A DNA stretch of 32,000 nucleotides. It comes from Candidatus Paracaedimonas acanthamoebae. Lineage in GTDB: Bacteria > Pseudomonadota > Alphaproteobacteria > Caedimonadales > Caedimonadaceae. Below the pieces are notes generated by a model, which searched no databases, had not been told where the DNA came from, and saw only the letters and a list, made by a program, of their open reading frames with translations. Each line of letters begins with the position of its first letter. Positions within the stretch are counted from its first letter, which is position 1. Shown here one piece after another: positions 25,682-32,000 of the stretch. The position numbers and the translations under genes were made by a program. The stretch is from NCBI GenBank assembly GCA_000743035.1, contig CP008939.1, positions 1 to 32,000 on the forward strand, written 5' to 3'.

Positions 25682-25786
25682 ATGCCTAAAGAAAAGGTGC
25701 AAGAAATTGCATCTAAGGGTGGCCATGCAAGTGTTAAAAAGGCAGGTCAGGAGGAAACAAAATTCCTTACAGTCCTAACCTTTTAA
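25682..25786 (+). CDS. Short ORF with a KGG-type stress-protein motif (possibly a fragment)
   Basis: MPKEKVQEIASKGGHASVKKAGQ... resembles the KGG repeat (EIASKGG). Only 34 codons. Confidence 0.2.
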   Translation: MPKEKVQEIASKGGHASVKKAGQEETKFLTVLTF

Positions 25787-25805
25787 AAACCTTAAATCTT
25801 ATCCC

Positions 25806-26852
25806 TTATCCCTCATCCCTCATGGAAATAACAGCCTCTAACGCAACATTCTTTTGAGCAACGTTTATAAAATTTACCCTAGGAGCATAGGCTACATTTT
25901 CTTGAATGATTCTAACAAAATCCTGAGCATTCTCATTTTTAAAAATTCCTCCTATCAAATAGACAGGAAAGTCAGGACAAGTAGTTTCTTTCACAGCTCG
26001 CATGACAAGGGCTGCCAAGGCTTTCGCATTTGTATCAATAATATCGTGACAACGTTTATCTTGTTGAGCATATGCAGCCTTAAAAACCAAAGGCGCAATT
26101 TTTGCAATATCTGAAGCATTTATTTTCCCAGTATAAAAAGGTTTGATGATTTGGTCTGCAGAAGTAACATCAAACTGAGAACAAATTTCTTTTGTAATGG
26201 CAAAAGGTTCATGCTCAAATTCATCATGAAAAGCTGCTTGAAGAGCTAATTTTCCAATATAAAAACCACTCCCTTCATCCCCAAGAGCATACCCATATCC
26301 TCCAATACGTTTTTCACCTTTGGATGACTTTGCAAAACAAATGGATCCTGTCCCAGAAATTAGAATAGCACCTTCATCTCTTATCAAGTGCTTAGCTAGA
26401 ATAACATCTGAGAAAAGAGCTATACGAGATGCTGAAAAACCAAAAGAAGTAAAAAGTGCTCGAATTGTAGACTCTAAATCTGCATTACTGGCAAGACCTG
26501 CTATCCCACAGACAATAGCTGACCTATTGACAACCTCTGACAGTTCTTTTTTCTCAAGACCAATTTTTATCTCTTCAAAAAGCTCTATTAAATTCTTTTT
26601 TACATTTTCTAACCCGACAACATTAATGTTTGTAGGCCCAGATAAAATAGAGGGTGTATTCTGTTTTTTATATTCAAGGTCGAGAACCTCTGTTTTAGTA
26701 TTAACAACTTGAAGTATGGTCTTAGACCCTCCACCATCAATTAAAAACAGATAATCTGTATCTTGTATAGCTTCCTTTAAAGAAGGGGAAGCCGCTGAAG
26801 TTAAGGGACTTATGCAAGCAAGAAAGAAGAGAAAGGCGAATATTTTGTACAT
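25806..26852 (-). CDS. BadF/BadG/BcrA/BcrD-type ATPase (N-acetylglucosamine-kinase-like) with an N-terminal signal-like segment
   Basis: LFLIDGGGSKT, ILISGTGSICF and GGYGYALGDEGSGFYIGKLAL are ASKHA-fold sugar-kinase motifs. The N-terminus MYKIFAFLFFLACISPLTSAASP is hydrophobic. Confidence 0.7.
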   Translation of the reverse strand: MYKIFAFLFFLACISPLTSAASPSLKEAIQDTDYLFLIDGGGSKTILQVVNTKTEVLDLEYKKQNTPSILSGPTNINVVGLENVKKNLIELFEEIKIGLEKKELSEVVNRSAIVCGIAGLASNADLESTIRALFTSFGFSASRIALFSDVILAKHLIRDEGAILISGTGSICFAKSSKGEKRIGGYGYALGDEGSGFYIGKLALQAAFHDEFEHEPFAITKEICSQFDVTSADQIIKPFYTGKINASDIAKIAPLVFKAAYAQQDKRCHDIIDTNAKALAALVMRAVKETTCPDFPVYLIGGIFKNENAQDFVRIIQENVAYAPRVNFINVAQKNVALEAVISMRDEG

Positions 26853-27160
26853 CCGCTGATAAAATTTTCCTGAAACTAATAGTTGATCATCAAGTCCTAG
26901 TATTACCTTTTTAGATATTAATTTTATACTTTAGCCCCCTACATATTTATTGATTAACTATGTCTTCTTGATAGGCTACAGAATTATAAGAAGAAAAACA
27001 AATATTAAATCTCACCTCAAATCATTTCCCTCGAAGTATCTAAATAGCAAAAATACGACATTATTATTTAGCACTAACATTCTCCAGTGTCATAAAATCT
27101 TAATTATGGAAAATGTTATAAGGTAAGTATCTAAAAATATTAATAAAAATTGATAAATAA

Positions 27161-27191
27161 TTTTTATGCTTAAAAATCTTAAGCATAAAAA
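27161..27191. terminator. AT-rich perfect hairpin, possible terminator of the 28123-27413 gene pair
   Basis: tttttatgcttaa aaatc ttaagcataaaaa gives a 13-bp stem with a 5-nt loop. It lies ~220 nt downstream of the minus-strand pair, inside a 560-bp AT-rich spacer. Confidence 0.3.
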
Positions 27192-27412
27192 AGATAGTCT
27201 TTAATCCTTTCTTTAAAAAATGAAGATTAGTTTTAATTGTTTGTTTGTAATAATCTTAGAGAATTTTATAATTTTTAATATATGCATGCATTGTAGGTTG
27301 GAGGCTTAAATTAAGGTTCATAATGACAGAATCACAAAGACCCCGTCACTTATCAAATCTTAATTAGGATAAAAACTAGAAAAAAATGACTTATTAATGA
27401 AGCATCAAAATC

Positions 27413-27595
27413 TCAAAGGCTCTTTAAAAACTTTCTTACATTTGCATTATTCTTTTCTTTTTTATCTTTAATATAATAAAGATCAATTTTTCCTTTTTTA
27501 TTTAAAAAAGTCATAGTCCTAAGGATGTCTCCTTTATGGAAATCTTGCTCTAACTGTTCAAGATCTACATGCTTACATTGAGGAGATTTTGTCAT
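27413..27595 (-). CDS. Small ORF tightly following the secreted nuclease-like gene (candidate inhibitor/immunity)
   Basis: 60-aa ORF whose start lies 6 nt after the upstream stop, on the same strand. No recognisable motif. The call is positional only. Confidence 0.35.
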   Translation of the reverse strand: MTKSPQCKHVDLEQLEQDFHKGDILRTMTFLNKKGKIDLYYIKDKKEKNNANVRKFLKSL

Positions 27596-27601
27596 TGAAT
27601 T

Positions 27602-28123
27602 CTATCTCAAATGGCTAAAATGATAACTATACCATTGGATGCTTGCTTCTTGACCATAACTAGTGCATGGGAGATCGCTACTTTTACACCCATTGCTCCG
27701 AAATTTAGCTTCATTAAAAATGGGTAAATATTGACCTTGAAGGAATATACCATCAATTCCTTCTCCCTTAGCTGATACTTTCGTTGTGATGGTACAGCCA
27801 ATAACTCTATGAGCTTCATTCTCAATAATGTGGTACCCAGTTGTTTCAAAAAGCTTTTGCACAACAATTTCTCCCAATATTCCTTTTGCCTTAGCAGTAT
27901 TGTTATCGCCTATTTCCTCTTTTTGCATAATCAAATTTATCCATTGCTCGATAGTCTTTTCACCTGCCCCATTTATTTTTATCGTTTTAACATGTATTAG
28001 ATCAGCTATTCCATCAGCTTCACATACATACTTTGTATGAGAGGCAAAGACAGTAGAGTCAATTGATAATGTAGAAATAAAAAATAACAGTATACTGAAA
28101 ATCATCTTTCTATAACGATTCAT
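27602..28123 (-). CDS. Secreted protein with a PD-(D/E)xK (restriction-endonuclease-fold)-like motif set
   Basis: Signal peptide MIFSILLFFISTLSIDSTVFA. Then GILGEIVVQKLFETTGY (E85), GEGIDGIF (D124) and IFNEAKF (E138-x-K140), in the order and spacing of Mrr/REase-fold catalytic cores. Confidence 0.5.
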   Translation of the reverse strand: MNRYRKMIFSILLFFISTLSIDSTVFASHTKYVCEADGIADLIHVKTIKINGAGEKTIEQWINLIMQKEEIGDNNTAKAKGILGEIVVQKLFETTGYHIIENEAHRVIGCTITTKVSAKGEGIDGIFLQGQYLPIFNEAKFRSNGCKSSDLPCTSYGQEASIQWYSYHFSHLR

Positions 28124-28245
28124 AATAGTTCCTCCAACTAATGTTTTTTCGACTAGTGACCTATTTCCTAAGCCACAGATAAGCTAGCAAGAAAGCAGAC
28201 TACATATCTATGAGTAACTTCTACTTGGGTATAAATATCCACTTC

Positions 28246-28274
28246 TTGACATTTTATTATGTTTAACCTACTAT
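28246..28274 (+). promoter_or_regulatory. Sigma70-like promoter upstream of higA
   Basis: TTGACA (28246-28251), 17-nt spacer, TACTAT (28269-28274), about 35 nt upstream of the higA ATG. Confidence 0.45.
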
Positions 28275-28308
28275 TGGGTGATAGCAAATGGCAAACTGTA
28301 AATAATAC

Positions 28309-28617
28309 ATGAATACACAACCTAACATTTCTCCTGAATCACCAGGTTCTTACCTAGAACGTAAATTTATGATCCCTAATGGTTTGAGCCAAAATAAGTT
28401 GGCTAGAGATCTTGATGTAACAGCGGATAGGATTAATTATATTCTGAACGGTCGCCGTTCGATTACAGCAGACACAGCCCTTAGGCTTGCAAGATACTTT
28501 GGGACAACTCCCCGCTTCTGGCTAGAATTACAATTAGAATATGATCTCTACAAGGTAAAACAAAAAAGCGAAGCTGCTATTAAAATGACGGTGCGGAAGA
28601 ACCCTCTTATTATTTGA
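28309..28617 (+). CDS. higA: HigA-family (XRE HTH) antitoxin, no adjacent toxin gene
   Basis: MIPNGLSQNKLARDLDVTADRINYILNGRRSITADTALRLARYFGTTPRFWLELQLEYDL is the typical HigA/VapI antidote HTH. Confidence 0.75.
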   Translation: MNTQPNISPESPGSYLERKFMIPNGLSQNKLARDLDVTADRINYILNGRRSITADTALRLARYFGTTPRFWLELQLEYDLYKVKQKSEAAIKMTVRKNPLII

Positions 28618-28649
28618 TTTTCTTTCCGAACAGCCATTTAAGGACCTTG

Positions 28650-29675
28650 CTATTCATCAAAACTTTCTGACGCTGATATAGCCAAAGATTGTGTTAAATC
28701 GTGTACTTTTTGTCGTAATAGCTCTTTATTGATAAGCTTAGTTTCATATTCAGCAATCATGGTTGGTGATAAATGCCGATTGAGGGCGTATTCAACAACT
28801 TCTTCATCTTTGGTCTTACATATCAGAATCCCAATACTTGGATTTTCATGAGGTTTTTTAGTTTGTCTATCCAAGGCTTCAAGATAAAATTGTAATTTTC
28901 CTAAGTGCTCTGGCTTGAAATCTGTAATCTTGAGTTCAATCGCGACCAAACAATTAAGAGCTCGGTGATGCATTAAAAGATCAACCCGAAAATCTTTCAT
29001 TCCAACCTGCAAAACATACTCTTCTCCTATTAAAGAGAAATCAGGTCCTAATTCTAGTAAAAACTTCCTAAAGTTTCGAAGGAGCGCTTTACGTAAATCA
29101 TGTTCTCTTGAATGTTCCTGGATTTCTAGAAATTCAAAGATATAACTATCTTTAAAAATTCCCTTCGTATTTATAGGAAATTCTGTCAGCGCTGCTGACA
29201 GTTTTTTATCCGCCAAACGCGTACGTTCATACGTGCCACTATCAATAAGACGAGCAAAATCTCGCTCAGAGTAATAATGTTGGGAAGCAAAAGTTAAATA
29301 AAATTCTTTCTCTTCTATGGTTTTTGTCTTGGAAAGTATATGTAAATGATTAGACCATGAAATTTCTGTCAGCGCTGCTGACAGTTTTTCAATTCCTTGA
29401 TAAGTCTCATAAAATTGTTTCATACGCCAAATATTACGAGGAGAAAATCCTTTTATAGAAGGATCTTGCGCAAGAATAAACTCAGCCATTTCTTGAACAG
29501 TGTTTTTACCCCAACCATTTTCGATTGTCATTTGGCTTACGTATCGTCCTATATCCCAATAAAGCTCAATAAGTACTTTATTAGCCTGTTTCCATACTTT
29601 TTCTTTAGCCTCAGTTATAAGTTGTAATACATCTTGAAATTGTTGAGGTTGAGATGATTGTACTATCTTATTCAT
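28650..29675 (-). CDS. DUF1016 / YhcG-like PD-(D/E)xK nuclease-domain protein
   Basis: N-terminal ELYWDIGRYV...WGKNTVQEMAEFI...FSPRNIWRMKQFYETY...ISWSNHLHIL...EEKEFY. C-terminal FEFLE...FSLIGEEY...VDLLMHH..LNCLVAIELK core. Confidence 0.7.
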   Translation of the reverse strand: MNKIVQSSQPQQFQDVLQLITEAKEKVWKQANKVLIELYWDIGRYVSQMTIENGWGKNTVQEMAEFILAQDPSIKGFSPRNIWRMKQFYETYQGIEKLSAALTEISWSNHLHILSKTKTIEEKEFYLTFASQHYYSERDFARLIDSGTYERTRLADKKLSAALTEFPINTKGIFKDSYIFEFLEIQEHSREHDLRKALLRNFRKFLLELGPDFSLIGEEYVLQVGMKDFRVDLLMHHRALNCLVAIELKITDFKPEHLGKLQFYLEALDRQTKKPHENPSIGILICKTKDEEVVEYALNRHLSPTMIAEYETKLINKELLRQKVHDLTQSLAISASESFDE

Positions 29676-29862
29676 TTAATACTGCTTGTAAGTTAAATAT
29701 AAAAACTCTCTTATTTGTAAAACTTTAAAACTCAGATATCATACTTTAAATGCAAGATATATAACGGAAGATTCTTAAGTTTTAATTTAAAATAATTGAG
29801 TGCTTGTAATTCCTCCATAGCATCCTTATATAAAAGTAAATATTATCAAATAGGAAAATGCT

Positions 29863-31734
29863 ATGCGTATGATTAGTTCTGTGTACTTTCTACTGTTATT
29901 ATTCATAAATTCTTTTGCTTCTTCTTCTGTAATAGAAGAGCAAGTAAAGACCTATATTAAAGCTACTGCCCATAATATAGGGCAAGGAAGTTGTATGACA
30001 GCTGAGTTATATAGTCCTGAATATGGAGAGCCTATGTATCTCTTAATGGATGCTGGTTCATCTGCTTATAAAAAAGAGCTTTTCTGCCAAGAATATTTTA
30101 TGAGTAAAGCAGAAAAAATGATTTTAGAAGAAGGTGAGAAGGAAGCTACACTTAGTTCACCCCTACCCAGCTCTTCTTCCTCTTCTACCATTCCGCAAAG
30201 TGTCCTCCGCCATCTTTCTCCAGGAGAATCACAAGCTTTAGGGAAAAAGCAAGTACAACAATATAAAAGTATCAAAGCCAGAATGATACAAAGCATAAGA
30301 GATTCTCTAGGGGCTAGAAGAGATACAGCACCTATTAAGGTTATGACATTTTTTATCTCTCACCCTGACTCAGATCACTATAACCTAGCAGAAGATATTT
30401 TTGAAAATGATGAAGATAAAATACATAATATTGTCTTAGGAGGGCTACCAGGAAAATATAGTTCATCATTCAGAGGTTGGCTCCAAAAACAGATTTCTAA
30501 GAAAGAAGCAAGAGTCTATTTTCCCGCTCTTTTAACTCAACAACCTGTAGTGTTAATTGAAGATCTAGTTTCTGAGTCTCTTGCTGATATGAGCACACGC
30601 ACTTATGCGCCTCAAATGTTCTCAGATCCTGAAGAAGGGTGGAAGCCTAAAGAGCATTTAAAAGAATTTGAGCAAGCCTTACCATTTGGCCCGCATATTA
30701 AAACCTACCTTCTCTCTGTCAATCCAACCCATTGGCAAGAAGTTGGAAAAGAGAGGGTTCAGCGGTCTTGTCTTGAAGATGATGACAACAGTGACAGCTT
30801 AGTTTTAAAGCTGCAAATTGGTGAGCACGCCATTATTATAACCGGTGATGCAACAAATATAACGACGGATCGTATTCTTGGAAACTATGAAGACAATCTT
30901 GATTTTTTGAAGTGTACGATCCTCACAGCGGATCATCATGGCGCTAAAACGCATGGGAGTAATAATTTAAGATGGATAAAATCAGCGGCGCCTCAGCATG
31001 TTATTTTTAGTTGTGGCACAATGCATGGTCATCCCTCATTACAAGCTTATAACAATTTTAAGAAATCGTCTGCCCTTGCGGAGACTGAACCTCATGATAT
31101 TTGGGTATGGCAAGTCTCAGATAAAAAAGAAGAGGATGCCTTAAAATCACAGTCTAAGGGCCGAAAAGCCATTGTACATAAAACATACCACTCTCTCTTT
31201 TCTACATTTAATAGTGGGACGTTAAGCTTTACCCTCCCCATGCCAGGCGAGGTTAAGCTTGAAAGTCAACTTCTAAATTTAAAGTCAAAAGAATTAAGCC
31301 CTAAGAGAAAGTATACCTTATCTAAGGGAAAAGGAAAAAAACCAGGGTCTCTAGAAGAAGAGGTTGCAGAAATAATACTTGAGGAAGAAGAAATAGAAAA
31401 CCTTGAGCAATCTTTTAGCCTTGAAAGCCTCCAGCAGGCAACAGCATTCCAACCATCAACTTTATCTCCTTATCAAGCACCTCGTCATAGAGCTAAAAGT
31501 CACAAGAGGCTTGAGAAAGTTAAAGGAACAAAGAGAGAGTTTGAGCAAGCTCGTGACAGTATTAGCACTTTAAGTACTGAACGAAAGGGAAAAGATGCTT
31601 TAAAAGCCACAAGAGTTTCAAAAAAACGTCGTCTTGGAAAAGAGAAGATAGGAGAAGAGCCCGAAAAAGCCTCTGAAAAGAAACCCGCAAGAAAAAAAGG
31701 GCGTGTAAGAGGGAAAAAGGATAAGAATGATTAA
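29863..31734 (+). CDS. Secreted metallo-beta-lactamase-fold (ComEC C-terminal-like) protein with a Lys/Arg/Glu-rich tail
   Basis: Signal peptide MRMISSVYFLLLLFINSFASS. HNIGQGSC...MDAGS, FISHPDSDHYN (HxDxDH-type metal motif), ITGDAT, LTADHHGA. The last ~130 aa are highly charged (KKRRLGKEK...KKPARKKGRVRGKKDK). Confidence 0.7.
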   Translation: MRMISSVYFLLLLFINSFASSSVIEEQVKTYIKATAHNIGQGSCMTAELYSPEYGEPMYLLMDAGSSAYKKELFCQEYFMSKAEKMILEEGEKEATLSSPLPSSSSSSTIPQSVLRHLSPGESQALGKKQVQQYKSIKARMIQSIRDSLGARRDTAPIKVMTFFISHPDSDHYNLAEDIFENDEDKIHNIVLGGLPGKYSSSFRGWLQKQISKKEARVYFPALLTQQPVVLIEDLVSESLADMSTRTYAPQMFSDPEEGWKPKEHLKEFEQALPFGPHIKTYLLSVNPTHWQEVGKERVQRSCLEDDDNSDSLVLKLQIGEHAIIITGDATNITTDRILGNYEDNLDFLKCTILTADHHGAKTHGSNNLRWIKSAAPQHVIFSCGTMHGHPSLQAYNNFKKSSALAETEPHDIWVWQVSDKKEEDALKSQSKGRKAIVHKTYHSLFSTFNSGTLSFTLPMPGEVKLESQLLNLKSKELSPKRKYTLSKGKGKKPGSLEEEVAEIILEEEEIENLEQSFSLESLQQATAFQPSTLSPYQAPRHRAKSHKRLEKVKGTKREFEQARDSISTLSTERKGKDALKATRVSKKRRLGKEKIGEEPEKASEKKPARKKGRVRGKKDKND

Positions 31735-31749
31735 GAAAGGATTTAATTT

Positions 31750-31792
31750 GCAAGAAGTGCTCAACTTTAAGGTTGAATAAAGCACTTCTTGC
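31750..31792. terminator. Bidirectional hairpin terminator between convergent genes
   Basis: gcaagaagtgct ... agcacttcttgc gives a 12-bp perfect stem with a 19-nt loop. Confidence 0.55.
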
Positions 31793-31827
31793 GAAACTTC
31801 TAATGTCTATTGATTTTAAAGAAACCT

Positions 31828-32000
31828 TTAATTTTTCTGATTTGGTAATTCACTCCCAATTTCTTTATTGAGGAAGGCTTCAACGGAAGCAGGTAATTCA
31901 CTAGGAGGAGCACCATATACTTTGAGGGCGTCTATATATTTTTCATCTGATAGGAGCGTTGCTAGGCTACAGTAAGACATTTCCCACCCTAAAGCACACC
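31828..32000 (-). CDS. 3' end of a gene whose start lies beyond the window (hypothetical)
   Basis: The minus frame is open from the window edge to a TAA at 31828-31830 (...LGWEMSYCSLATLLSDEKYIDALKVYGAPPSELPASVEAFLNKEIGSELPNQKN*). Confidence 0.35.
   Translation of the reverse strand, partial: CALGWEMSYCSLATLLSDEKYIDALKVYGAPPSELPASVEAFLNKEIGSELPNQKN

Noticed and set aside
25854-26712. Plus-strand ORFs 25854-26114 and 26320-26712
   Set aside because: Antisense to the sugar-kinase-like CDS, which has clear ASKHA motifs.
27607-28040. ORFs 27607-27867 (-), 27809-28000 (+) and 27828-28040 (+)
   Set aside because: These are alternative-frame or antisense ORFs within the 173-aa signal-peptide protein. 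They have no start context.
28124-28308. Search for a HigB toxin ORF upstream of higA
   Set aside because: No open frame of useful length on the plus strand. The space is occupied by a promoter-like sequence.
29397-31753. ORFs 29397-29627 (+), 30066-30296 (-) and 31562-31753 (-)
   Set aside because: Shadow ORFs within the DUF1016 and MBL-fold genes.
1-32000. tRNA, rRNA or tmRNA genes and prophage structural genes
   Set aside because: By eye I found no cloverleaf-like GC-rich segments, rRNA-like conserved blocks, or phage capsid, tail or terminase motifs. A tRNAscan/Infernal run would be needed for certainty.

Overview
AT-rich (roughly mid-30s % GC by eye), heavily rearranged accessory region. 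The gene content points to an amoeba- or protist-associated intracellular bacterium; I cannot name the organism from sequence alone. All family calls come from motifs I recognise by eye, since no searches were run.

Three themes stand out.

(1) An insertion-sequence graveyard. It holds three different IS6-family elements (2151-2988, 7000-7845, 10096-10924) and two apparently identical 1227-bp IS110-family copies (8781-10007 and 23212-24438). It also holds a frameshifted IS982, a truncated IS3, an IS200-type tnpA remnant, and many solo ends and fragments. Both IS110 copies sit inside the terminal inverted repeat of IS6-like elements.

(2) Secreted, eukaryote-like effector candidates. There are three signal-peptide + F-box proteins, two with LRRs and one with HAF repeats. 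There is a 1313-aa receptor-like protein (signal peptide, ectodomain, one TM helix, Ser/Thr kinase domain, Tyr-rich tail). There is also a secreted ComEC-type metallo-beta-lactamase-fold protein with a Lys/Arg-rich NLS-like tail.

(3) The most interesting system is a polymorphic-toxin-like locus at 10925-16195. A long toxin gene, 5'-truncated by an IS26-like element, carries 127-aa tandem repeats, a conserved pre-toxin handle, a variable C-terminus and an adjacent small acidic ORF. Two orphan handle/C-terminus cassettes follow. One has its own small ORF, and both are interrupted by in-frame stops. I cannot assign the scaffold to Rhs, CdiA, LXG or MafB.

A small defence/TA-like cluster lies at 27.4-29.7 kb: a secreted PD-(D/E)xK-like protein plus a small ORF, a solitary higA, and a DUF1016/YhcG-like nuclease. 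I saw no rRNA, tRNA or CRISPR array.
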